Origin: a bacterium
Lineage (GTDB): Bacteria > Patescibacteriota > Patescibacteriia > JACQRZ01
Length of the DNA stretch: 41,121 nt
NCBI GenBank assembly: GCA_030688365.1
Contig: JAUYIE010000005.1
Coordinates: forward strand, 71,764 to 112,884
Direction of reading: 5' to 3'
Made by a program: the position numbers and the translations under genes. Positions within the stretch are counted from its first letter, which is position 1; every line of letters begins with the position of its first letter. Shown piece after piece: positions 19,642 through 28,363 of the stretch. The notes under the pieces are model-generated. The model was not told where the DNA came from. It made no database searches and worked only from the letters and a program-made list of their open reading frames with translations.

Positions 19642-20505
19642 TTACTCGTCTTCGTGCTTTTTTGGACGACCACGCTTTTTTTTGCCATCTTCATCATCTA
19701 CATCTGCCTCTTCTGTCTTCTCTTCCTGCTCAATAATCTCTGGATTTGGCATTTCAAAAGTAGATTGTAGCGCCTCAACACTTTCTTCCGGATCTTCAGG
19801 TAGATCAGTGCGTGCCACTCCTGGATTGAGAATCATCTTAAACTGGCTAATCAAAACTTTACAGCTTTGTTCCATTGCATCTTGTGCAGTTATACTACCA
19901 TCCGTTTCTATGGTCAATATGATACGATCAAAGTTCGTCATCTGACCCACACGAGCGTTTTCCACATGCAACGCAACGTTGCGTACGGGGGTAAACGTCG
20001 CATCAATCAAAATAGTCCCCACTTCAGGTTTTTCTCCTTCATGCATTTCAGTAGAAAAATATCCGTGTCCTTTGCGCACGGTAAGATCCATCTCAAGTTG
20101 CGCATTTTTATTTGTTAATGTGCAAATGTGAACATCAGGTGTAGAGACCTCCACTTCATGAGTCCCTTCAATGTCCGCACCAGTAACTGCTTTTTCACCT
20201 TTTGCATGCAAAGTGATTTTCACCGGTTCATCGGTGTGTACATTAAACTTCAAACGTTTCAAGTTGAGAATAATGTCAACAACATCTTCTTTGACGTATG
20301 GCAATGTTGAAAATTCGTGGTCGGCTCCTTTGATCTTCGCAGCGATGACAGCGCCACCAGACAATGAAGAAAGAAGGACACGACGTAGAGCGTTGCCAAT
20401 AGTAAGACCATAGCCGGAGTACAAGGGCTCTATCGCAACAATCATCTCATTGTCTTTACTGCCTGGCTTATAATCAACGCGTGTAGGCAATAAAATATGT
20501 TCCAT
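19642..20505 (-). CDS. rpoA: RNA polymerase alpha subunit lacking the canonical alpha-CTD; acidic tail ending in an AT-hook
   Basis: IEPLYSGYGLTIGNALRRVLLSS, HEFSTL..VKEDV, IDATFTPV, ARVGQMTNFDRIILTIETDGS; position rpsD-rpoA-rplQ; ends GKKKRGRPKKHEDE. Confidence 0.97.
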   Translation of the reverse strand: MEHILLPTRVDYKPGSKDNEMIVAIEPLYSGYGLTIGNALRRVLLSSLSGGAVIAAKIKGADHEFSTLPYVKEDVVDIILNLKRLKFNVHTDEPVKITLHAKGEKAVTGADIEGTHEVEVSTPDVHICTLTNKNAQLEMDLTVRKGHGYFSTEMHEGEKPEVGTILIDATFTPVRNVALHVENARVGQMTNFDRIILTIETDGSITAQDAMEQSCKVLISQFKMILNPGVARTDLPEDPEESVEALQSTFEMPNPEIIEQEEKTEEADVDDEDGKKKRGRPKKHEDE

Positions 20506-20525
20506 ACAAAAACGTTATAAGTAAA

Positions 20526-21161
20526 TTATCGTGAATAAAATTCAATAATTGATTTCATATCAAAAAGACCTTGTACCGTTTCTTCAGTCTTTGGAGCATC
20601 AACTACTTTTGCTGAATATGTTCCTGGCTCTGTCACCAACCAACTTGGTAGATTCTTTTCTGAAAGTTTAGGAAGCAGTTCCATGAAATAACTGTATTTC
20701 TCACTGCGCGGTTTGATGGTAATAACACTACCGGGCTTAACAAAGTAGGAAGGAATATTCACCTTTTTACCATCTACAAGGAAATACCCATGACCCACAA
20801 ATTGACGTGCCTGTGCATGGGAAGTAGCCCATCCGAGTCGGTAAATAACATTATCAAGACGCATTTCTAAAAACTGCACCATAATATCCGCTGTGTTACC
20901 CACTTTACTGTTGGCACGGGTGAAATAGTTGGCAAACTGTGTTTCAGAAACGCCATAAAACTGTTTTGCCTTTTGTTTTTCACGCAACTGGATACCATAG
21001 CCAGTAAGACGTGGCTTTGAATTTTTTGCACCTGCCTGGCCTGGAGGATAATTTCGACGAACTATTGCACACTTTGTAGTATAGCAACGATCCCCTTTTA
21101 TGAAGAGTTTCATGCCTGCTCGGCGACACATTCTACATTTTGCTCCAAGTACTTTTGCCAT
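20526..21161 (-). CDS. rpsD: 30S ribosomal protein S4 (Cys4 zinc-binding type)
   Basis: CRMCRR..GDRC..KC, YGIQLREKQK, LEMRLDNVIYRLG, IIEFYSR. Confidence 0.98.
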   Translation of the reverse strand: MAKVLGAKCRMCRRAGMKLFIKGDRCYTTKCAIVRRNYPPGQAGAKNSKPRLTGYGIQLREKQKAKQFYGVSETQFANYFTRANSKVGNTADIMVQFLEMRLDNVIYRLGWATSHAQARQFVGHGYFLVDGKKVNIPSYFVKPGSVITIKPRSEKYSYFMELLPKLSEKNLPSWLVTEPGTYSAKVVDAPKTEETVQGLFDMKSIIEFYSR

Positions 21162-21167
21162 ATTATA

Positions 21168-21665
21168 TTATACCCTTCTTACTTTCTTAGGGCGACATCC
21201 GTTATGAGGAATCGGTGTCACATCTTTAATAGAAATAATATTCAAATCATTTGCATGCATTGCACGAATCGCTCCTTCACGCCCTGAACCGACCCCGCGA
21301 ACAAATACTTGCACATCAACCATACCATACGGCTTGAGACGTTCTGCCGCTGCTTTTACAATCACCGATGCAGCATAAGGAGTAGATTTTTTTGGACCTT
21401 TAAAACCACATGCACCAGCCGAGGATGTTGCGACCACATTTCCGTTTAAATCGCAAAACGTAACAATAGTGTTGTTGTAGGTTGCTTGTATATGCGCTTG
21501 ACCTGTTGCTACTTGATGCACCACCTTCTTTTTCTTACTCTTACGTTTTGTACTTGATACTTTATCAGATTTTTCTGATTTTACGGTTGTAGCAGAAACA
21601 TCCTCACTTTTTGATTCAGTGGGCATACCTGCCAGTATGGATTCTGTTGTTTCTTCGTCATTCAT
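21168..21665 (-). CDS. rpsK: 30S ribosomal protein S11 with N-terminal extension
   Basis: AHIQATYNNTIVT, GFKGPKKSTPYAA, DVTPIPHNGCRP. Confidence 0.98.
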   Translation of the reverse strand: MNDEETTESILAGMPTESKSEDVSATTVKSEKSDKVSSTKRKSKKKKVVHQVATGQAHIQATYNNTIVTFCDLNGNVVATSSAGACGFKGPKKSTPYAASVIVKAAAERLKPYGMVDVQVFVRGVGSGREGAIRAMHANDLNIISIKDVTPIPHNGCRPKKVRRV

Positions 21666-21678
21666 ACATCAATATAGA

Positions 21679-22071
21679 TTAGGTCTTTTGTGCTGACATT
21701 TTCTTTCCCGATGTAGCAGTCTTTCGTACATTTCCACGTACAGTGCGAGAATTTGTTTTTGACCGCTGTCCGCGCGCTGGCAGTCTTTTGGCATGTCGGC
21801 TTCCTCGAAAACTCCCAATTTCTTTTAGACGTTTGACATTACCTTGCACTTCGCGTCGTAAGTCGCCTTCAATTTTGTAATTTTTTTCAATATATTCACG
21901 AAGTTTGTTTGCAGTAGTTTCATCTAGATCCTTTACGCGAATGTTTGGATCAATCGTAAGTGTTGAAATAATAAAACGCGAAGCGGTAGCTCCGATACCA
22001 TAAATATACGGCAACGCATATTCTATTTTTTTATTTTGAGGAAGGATTGCTCCTGCAATACGAATTACCAC
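21679..22071 (-). CDS. rpsM: 30S ribosomal protein S13
   Basis: RIAG..IYGIG, IEGDLRRE, RGQRSKTNSRT; GTG start. Confidence 0.98.
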   Translation of the reverse strand: MVIRIAGAILPQNKKIEYALPYIYGIGATASRFIISTLTIDPNIRVKDLDETTANKLREYIEKNYKIEGDLRREVQGNVKRLKEIGSFRGSRHAKRLPARGQRSKTNSRTVRGNVRKTATSGKKMSAQKT

Positions 22072-22089
22072 AATGCTGACTATTAAAAA

Positions 22090-22203
22090 TTAGCCTTGAC
22101 GCTGTTTGTGTTTAGGATTTTCACAGATCACTCGCAAGCGACCTTCACGACGAATCCTTCTACACTTTAAACATATCGGTTTGACTGACGCTCTGACTTT
22201 CAT
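22090..22203 (-). CDS. rpmJ: 50S ribosomal protein L36
   Basis: Below the ORF track cutoff. Hand translation: [37 protein letters not shown] (37 aa), between infA and rpsM. Confidence 0.98.
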   Translation of the reverse strand: MKVRASVKPICLKCRRIRREGRLRVICENPKHKQRQG

Positions 22204-22205
22204 AA

Positions 22206-22436
22206 CTAATATCTATAAGTGACACGCCCCTTAGTTAAATCATAGGGGGTCATCTGAATCTTTACCTTATCCCCTGGGAGGAGACGGATACGGTTCATAC
22301 GCATCTTACCCGAGAGGTGCCCCATGATTTCATGGCCATTTTCCAATCGGATACGAAATGTTGCCGCAGGAAGCAGTTCAATGACCTCGCCGTCTATATC
22401 AAGAAAGTCCTTCCCTTCGTTGGCGCTTTCGCTCAT
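22206..22436 (-). CDS. infA: translation initiation factor IF-1
   Basis: [52 protein letters not shown]. Confidence 0.98.
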   Translation of the reverse strand: MSESANEGKDFLDIDGEVIELLPAATFRIRLENGHEIMGHLSGKMRMNRIRLLPGDKVKIQMTPYDLTKGRVTYRY

Positions 22437-22498
22437 AATTCGCGTAAAAATAATAATAATCTCTGGTGCTTTAGAGATTATTAACTAAAGCCTAACTA

Positions 22499-22527
22499 AT
22501 AATACCCAAAAACCCCCAAATTTGCAA
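22499..22527 (-). promoter_or_regulatory. proximal promoter (P2) of the infA operon
   Basis: TTGCAA-17 nt-TATTAT on the minus strand. Confidence 0.65.
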
Positions 22528-22566
22528 GTGCGAATGGACTTTTAAGGGATTTTACGCGGTAGGGCT

Positions 22567-22595
22567 ATGATATCATAAGGAGAAAAGGATGGCAA
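22567..22595 (-). promoter_or_regulatory. distal promoter (P1) of the infA operon
   Basis: TTGCCA-17 nt-TATCAT with TGn extension; -10 lies within the palindrome TATGATATCATA (22566-22577). Confidence 0.65.
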
Positions 22596-22607
22596 GAGGA
22601 CGAATCT

Positions 22608-24503
22608 CTACCCCACCGACGCACGTATCCTTCTGACTCCTGATCCACTTGATTCTTCTTTAGCGATCTTAAAAGTGCCGATTTCACCGGTATGCGTGAC
22701 ATGAGGCCCGCCACAAAACTCTTTGCTATATGCGTCTACAATCGTGTCCCCTACATAATAAACACTGACCTTCTCCGGATATTTTTCTTTGAAAAAATAT
22801 AAAGCGCCGGTTTTTTTCGCTTCTTCAATGGGTAATTCTACCTTTTGCATTGGCATATCTTTCTTGATCACATCATTGACCTCATCTTCCACTGTTCTTA
22901 TCTCTTCAGGAGTCAGCTTATGATCGCAATTAAAATCAAACCTGGTACGCTCTGGCGTGATATCCGACCCCATCTGATGCACAGAATCTCCCAACAGATG
23001 ACGAAGTGCTTGTTGCATGAGATGGGTGGCCGTATGAAGACGCGTTACGACTTTCAGTTCTTCTTCATTTCCCGCTTTCAGTTCTCCCGTATCCAAAAGT
23101 AATCCGTGTCCACCAAATTTTTTCTCCGCACCGGCGCGTGAGATCTCTTGATGTTTTTCAAACGCTTTACGAAATTCACCATACTCCACGTTTTGTCCTT
23201 TTTCCCGTGCTATCTCTTCGGTAAGTTCAAAAGGAAAGCCAAACGATTCGTATAGTCTAAATGCTATCTCTCCATCTAAAATAGGATTTTTATTCACTTC
23301 CTTTAATCCTTGCGCAAGAGTCGCAGTAAACTTTTTTTCTTCTTTATCTAGCTGTTCCAAAATCATTGCCTTTTTCCCCAAAAGATCCGGATACTGTTTC
23401 GTATACATTTCAATCACCACCTCCGCCACCTGCGGGGCAAATGGCAACATATAGGTAAACGGATAGATTCGTAAAAAACGTACCGCCCGACGGATGAGGC
23501 GTCGCAGGTAATATCCTTGTGCTTTATTTGACGGCTCCACACCAGCCGCAATCAACATAGTTGCCGCTTTGAGATGATCTGCCATGATCCGATATACACG
23601 GGGGATACTCTTGTAATCATTTAATCCCTCTTTTGCCTCTACAATCTGCTCAATACGTTTTATGATGGGCGCAAAACTGTCCGTCATAAAAATATCTGAC
23701 TGATTTTGTGATGCGGCAGTAATACGCTCAAGCCCTCCTCCAAAATCCACATTTTTTGAGGGGAGAGGTTTAAAACTTCCGTCTTCCTGTTTTTGATACT
23801 CCATGAATACATTGTTACCGATCTCAATGAACCGACCGCAATCGCAGTTTACATGACAAACCTTGCCAAACTTCGCCTCGTCATGTTGACCTATACCACC
23901 AAAATCATAAAACATTTCTGAATCAGGACCACCCGGCTCCCCTGCCGGCATATGCTCCGGCTTGCCAGACCGTGACCACCAATTTTTTTCTTCATCATAA
24001 TAAAAAATCCTCCCGTCTTGCATACCATCTTTTTCTGCATGTTCCACATCTTTTGCGTCTATCCCTACACTTTTAAATAATCCTTTCCATATCTCCACGG
24101 ATCGCTCATCGCGACCAATCTGCTCATTTCCCCCAAACACCGTAACATATATATTTTTGGGGTTGATACCGATTTTATTCACTAACAAATCAAACATCCA
24201 TGACAGTTGTTCATTTTTGTAATAATCACCAAACGACCAATTGCCCAACATTTCAAAAAAAGTCGTGTGGCGATTGTCTCCCACTTCTTCAATATCGGTA
24301 GACCTGAAACATTGCTGTGAATCAGCAACACGTGTCCCGCCCTCATGTTTTTCACCAAGTAAGTACGGCATCATTGGTTGCATGCCGGCAATGGTAAAAA
24401 GTACTGTGTAGTCATCAGGCAACAGTGATACAGACGGCACGATAGTGTGCCCTTTTTCTTTGAGATATTGCAAATATGTTTTTCGTACTTCGTTTGAATT
24501 CAT
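22608..24503 (-). CDS. alaS: alanine--tRNA ligase, short form (no C-Ala domain)
   Basis: LFTIAGMQP, RHTTFFEMLGNWSFGDY, EIGNNVFM, VDFGGGLER, editing motifs HTATH and EFCGGPHV, ends GVRRIRASVG. Confidence 0.97.
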   Translation of the reverse strand: MNSNEVRKTYLQYLKEKGHTIVPSVSLLPDDYTVLFTIAGMQPMMPYLLGEKHEGGTRVADSQQCFRSTDIEEVGDNRHTTFFEMLGNWSFGDYYKNEQLSWMFDLLVNKIGINPKNIYVTVFGGNEQIGRDERSVEIWKGLFKSVGIDAKDVEHAEKDGMQDGRIFYYDEEKNWWSRSGKPEHMPAGEPGGPDSEMFYDFGGIGQHDEAKFGKVCHVNCDCGRFIEIGNNVFMEYQKQEDGSFKPLPSKNVDFGGGLERITAASQNQSDIFMTDSFAPIIKRIEQIVEAKEGLNDYKSIPRVYRIMADHLKAATMLIAAGVEPSNKAQGYYLRRLIRRAVRFLRIYPFTYMLPFAPQVAEVVIEMYTKQYPDLLGKKAMILEQLDKEEKKFTATLAQGLKEVNKNPILDGEIAFRLYESFGFPFELTEEIAREKGQNVEYGEFRKAFEKHQEISRAGAEKKFGGHGLLLDTGELKAGNEEELKVVTRLHTATHLMQQALRHLLGDSVHQMGSDITPERTRFDFNCDHKLTPEEIRTVEDEVNDVIKKDMPMQKVELPIEEAKKTGALYFFKEKYPEKVSVYYVGDTIVDAYSKEFCGGPHVTHTGEIGTFKIAKEESSGSGVRRIRASVG

Positions 24504-24512
24504 AGTATTTCG

Positions 24513-25610
24513 TTATATTATCAAACCACCACCTAAGACTTTTTGTCCTTTATACATCACGAGTGCTTGACCAGGAGCGATAGCGCGTCGTGGTTGTGTA
24601 AATAGTGCCTCGTACGTCGTCTCATCAATCTTATGGACCGTACATATCCCCAACTCCTCTCTATAACGCACCCGCGCGGTACATTTCAAAGGAAACGTCA
24701 GTTTCTCCTCTATCCAATGTACCCTAGCAAACTTTAGTGAACTCTTAAAGTGCTCTTTTTCTGTAGCCATCGGCACAACGTATACGATATTTTTCTTGAT
24801 GTCCTTATCAAGAACAACATAACTTTGGTCACCACCCCTAAAACCAATCCCATGACGCTGACCAATAGTATAATACCACGCGCCGTCGTGCTCCCCGACT
24901 TTTTTGCCATCTGGCGTCATGAGCACCCCTTTTTTAGGTTTAATCTTACTTTGCAAAAAATCCTGCATTGAAATCTTACCAATAAAACACACACCTTGGC
25001 TATCTTTTTTGTCAGCCGTCGGTATACCCCATTTTTTTGCCATCATACGCACGTGTGGCTTTTTATAATCACCAACAGGAAACAGACAGTGTGCTAATTG
25101 TTTTTGCGACAAACCCCACAAAAAGTAAGTCTGATCTTTGTTGGTATCTACCGCTTGTAACAGTTGTGCACCAACCGTGGAATCTCGCTTCACGCGCGCA
25201 TAATGTCCAGTCGCGATAAAATCTGCCCCCTCTTTGAGTGCGCGATCCAGAAAGGCACCAAATTTGATATAGGTATTGCACATAACATCAGGATTTGGGG
25301 TACGGCCTGCTTTGTATTCAGTTATCATATAATCTACCACGTCTTTGTGATACTCCTTACGAAAATCCCATTCACGAAAGGGTATATCAAGATGTGCCGC
25401 CACACTGATAGCGTCTCGACGATCTTTTTGCCACGAACATTCTATCGCTACGTTGTCAGACTGCCCAAGTTCGGTATCATATTGACGCATATATACACCA
25501 ACAACACGACATTTTTGTTTTAACAAAAGTGCCCCGGCCATAGCAGAATCCACTCCACCGGAAAGCGCGACATAGACTAATGATTTTTTATTGTCATTTT
25601 TACTTGCCAT
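24513..25610 (-). CDS. mnmA: tRNA 2-thiouridine(34) synthase
   Basis: ALSGGVDS, GRTPNPDVMCN..IKF, ATGHYAR, KDQTYFL, DSQGVCFIG, YTIGQR, APGQ. Confidence 0.98.
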   Translation of the reverse strand: MASKNDNKKSLVYVALSGGVDSAMAGALLLKQKCRVVGVYMRQYDTELGQSDNVAIECSWQKDRRDAISVAAHLDIPFREWDFRKEYHKDVVDYMITEYKAGRTPNPDVMCNTYIKFGAFLDRALKEGADFIATGHYARVKRDSTVGAQLLQAVDTNKDQTYFLWGLSQKQLAHCLFPVGDYKKPHVRMMAKKWGIPTADKKDSQGVCFIGKISMQDFLQSKIKPKKGVLMTPDGKKVGEHDGAWYYTIGQRHGIGFRGGDQSYVVLDKDIKKNIVYVVPMATEKEHFKSSLKFARVHWIEEKLTFPLKCTARVRYREELGICTVHKIDETTYEALFTQPRRAIAPGQALVMYKGQKVLGGGLII

Positions 25611-25672
25611 ATAAAAATCACTCTAACAAATATTCGTATAAAAAAATAGGTACACTGTCTCATAATTAGACA

Positions 25673-25690
25673 AAAGGCCTGGTGGCCTTT
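25673..25690 (-). terminator. probable intrinsic terminator of the small ORF 25737-25910
   Basis: AAAGGCC-tggt-GGCCTTT inverted repeat; the minus strand reads aggcc acca ggcc ttttgt. Confidence 0.5.
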
Positions 25691-25736
25691 AGTGTTGCCT
25701 TTTAAGAAATGTACCTCTCTAAATTTTTTTGATCCC

Positions 25737-25910
25737 TTATTTTGTCGGGATCTGCGATACTCCATTTGGCGCGCTATGACCTGCACCATTATAAGTATTC
25801 TTTTTATCTAATTGGATCACCATTATGGCGATCAAAAAAGAAATAATTAATACAGGCAACGCAACACCCGATCGCGCCATCGCCATGTGTACCCCTAAAC
25901 TTTTTTGCAT
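25737..25910 (-). CDS. small single-TM hypothetical protein (57 aa)
   Basis: MQKSLG..GVALPVLIISFLIAIMVIQL..; GGAGG 5 nt before ATG 25910; promoter TTGACA(25975-25970)-17-TAGTAT(25952-25947); downstream hairpin. Confidence 0.6.
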   Translation of the reverse strand: MQKSLGVHMAMARSGVALPVLIISFLIAIMVIQLDKKNTYNGAGHSAPNGVSQIPTK

Positions 25911-26014
25911 TTTTTCCTCCAAATATATTACATATACAATCAACTCATACTACACTGTTATTCCCCATTTGTCAACTAGGGCGCTATCAGCTACCCTATA
26001 CCATATCAGTCATT

Positions 26015-26782
26015 ATGAAATTTAAACTATTTTTATTGGTTATATTGTTCATTGGAGGGCTGACTATTGCCGGCTATTTTTTGCCAAACCCCGTTAGATC
26101 ATTTTTTATATCTCCTATGCAGTCAATCACCCTAACAACTCCAGATGGTGTCATTTTGGCAGGGAATTACCTCGCTTCCCGCGAACCAAAAGGTGCAGTG
26201 CTACTTCTCCACATGATGCCTGCCACCAAAGAAAGCTGGGAACCACTCCAACAAGCACTAGAAAAAGTGCATATCTCAAGTCTTGCTATTGACCTACGTG
26301 GGCATAGACAAAGCACCAAAGGACCTGCTGATATAATACTAGACTACAACACATTTACCGATCGTGAACACCAACTCACTCGCAACGACGTCACGACCAG
26401 TATTGAATATCTCGTGAGCCAAGGGTTTACCAAAAATAAAATCGTTATCAGCGGGGCCAGTATAGGCGCAAATCTGGCAATACAAGAGCTTAGTCAAGAC
26501 CCTGAAATCAACAGTGCGATTCTGCTTTCCCCTGGACTGGATTATCACGGTATTGAAACAGAACAGTATGCGCGCAGTTTGGCAGATGTACAAGCGCTCT
26601 TTACCATTGCATCTCGGGATGATGGATATTCATTTGACTCCAGTCGCAGACTCTATGATGTTGCGACAATAAAAAAAGATATCGGCGAATACGACGATAT
26701 CGGACACGGCACGACAATGCTTGAAAATAAACCTGAATTGATTGATACGTTAGTCGCATGGATTGTAGAGAGGATGCAGTAA
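26015..26782 (+). CDS. membrane-anchored or secreted alpha/beta hydrolase
   Basis: N-terminal hydrophobic helix; LLLHM, IDLRGH, nucleophile elbow GASIG, Asp in SRDD, His in GHGT. Confidence 0.9.
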   Translation: MKFKLFLLVILFIGGLTIAGYFLPNPVRSFFISPMQSITLTTPDGVILAGNYLASREPKGAVLLLHMMPATKESWEPLQQALEKVHISSLAIDLRGHRQSTKGPADIILDYNTFTDREHQLTRNDVTTSIEYLVSQGFTKNKIVISGASIGANLAIQELSQDPEINSAILLSPGLDYHGIETEQYARSLADVQALFTIASRDDGYSFDSSRRLYDVATIKKDIGEYDDIGHGTTMLENKPELIDTLVAWIVERMQ

Positions 26783-26790
26783 ATATCCCC

Positions 26791-28362
26791 CTACTCCAGA
26801 TCCTCCTTCTTTTCCCTCATAAAACTCCACCACTCTTCAGTGATTTCAATCAGCGCCTGTAACGGCAACTCAATCATGATGTCAAAAATAAACACAAATA
26901 CATTGACCCGCGATACATTGAACGATAACCACCTTCCCACTTGCACGATCGGCAACAAAAACGGATCAATAAACGCCACCCATAATGATGCTTTTGGTTT
27001 GAGAAGATACAATTCTGTCACGGAACGACGTAAAGTCACCCCGAAGAACGTAATCAGACAGAAGAAAAGGAAAAACACTACACCACTTGCGCCATTGAAA
27101 TGCAACGAATGCAATATCTTTGCAAGCAATGCAAACGATAGAAAAAATAATGCGAGATACAAAAGAGAAAAAATCACCCATAGAACAACTTTTTTCTTCT
27201 TTTCTCCGATCTTTTGGGGCACGAATATTTTTCGTGGTTCATCTTCATAAACGATTTCGTTGACTGCCTGCACTATACTGTCGGTGTTATCTTTATTGGG
27301 AAATTTTGCACTTAAAGTGATAACTGCAAGAAGTGCTGGCGGAAATAATACATTGATAAACAGTGGACCCCACATAATAAAACCAGCATGCAAAAGATCA
27401 TACGGCAATTCAATAATCAATCCCATTGTTATTTTCGTGATGAAGATGTAGACAAATGCGCGGATCGTACGGACATGCAATTTCCGCTTATATACATTGT
27501 AAAATCCATCACAAATACGACGTATCTCCTTTTCTAGCGCTTCTTTATCAGCAAAAATCGCTTCGCCATTACTTCGCAATACTGTGACAAGGACAACAAA
27601 CGGTATACGAAAACGACGATACGTTCCCATAAACTTTTTTTGCAATGGATGGCGAATATGAGTACGTATCTTTTTTCGCAGATCATAGCACTCCGCCGCC
27701 ATCTGATCCACTGGCATCGAGCCAGGTTTCGCCCAGTGCGGTGCCAATTTTTTAAGCAAAAAATATTCAAGTCGATGCACATCAGGTTTGAGCAAGATGC
27801 GATACACTGATATATACAGTTGTACACGTCGTGTTTTCTCATCAACTGTCGCACCCAATATGTTTGTCGTCGGATCCACCATCTGATTCATGGCATGCAC
27901 CAATGATTCCAACTCCTGCGTCGGTGCAAGCACTTCGTCAATCGCGCATGCCGCCATAAACAACACCCAATCTTGATCCTTGTCAGTAAGGATATGACGC
28001 ATACGCAACTGATCCAATACACCAAGATATTGATCCAGAACTTCCTTTATCTTATGTACGGTAGTGACCGGAATGGTCTGATTCCGAAAATATCGAGAAC
28101 GCACCAATTCCTTCACCAACCCCATCGCCATCTGTTCAGTTGGTTGTGTCAAAATGAACCGACGACCTAAGACGCGCCGTATCGCATGCTGACGTACCAA
28201 ATGTTCATCACGATATTCAACAATACCGCGTATTTTTTCATAATAAAAAGCAATGGCACTGACCGCATCATTGACGGTGACACTACCTTCTTCTGATGCT
28301 GTGATTTCTTCTTCTCGTACACGAGTAGAAAGAAACGAAGTAAATACGCTTGAAAATGCCAT
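26791..28362 (-). CDS. hypothetical membrane protein (523 aa; helical cytoplasmic domain plus about 4 C-terminal TM helices)
   Basis: Long ORF starting 1 nt after the cysteine desulfurase stop; AFYYEKIRGIVEYRDEHLVRQHAIRRVL motif; hydrophobic segments after about aa 300. Confidence 0.8.
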   Translation of the reverse strand: MAFSSVFTSFLSTRVREEEITASEEGSVTVNDAVSAIAFYYEKIRGIVEYRDEHLVRQHAIRRVLGRRFILTQPTEQMAMGLVKELVRSRYFRNQTIPVTTVHKIKEVLDQYLGVLDQLRMRHILTDKDQDWVLFMAACAIDEVLAPTQELESLVHAMNQMVDPTTNILGATVDEKTRRVQLYISVYRILLKPDVHRLEYFLLKKLAPHWAKPGSMPVDQMAAECYDLRKKIRTHIRHPLQKKFMGTYRRFRIPFVVLVTVLRSNGEAIFADKEALEKEIRRICDGFYNVYKRKLHVRTIRAFVYIFITKITMGLIIELPYDLLHAGFIMWGPLFINVLFPPALLAVITLSAKFPNKDNTDSIVQAVNEIVYEDEPRKIFVPQKIGEKKKKVVLWVIFSLLYLALFFLSFALLAKILHSLHFNGASGVVFFLFFCLITFFGVTLRRSVTELYLLKPKASLWVAFIDPFLLPIVQVGRWLSFNVSRVNVFVFIFDIMIELPLQALIEITEEWWSFMREKKEDLE

Positions 28363-28363
28363 G

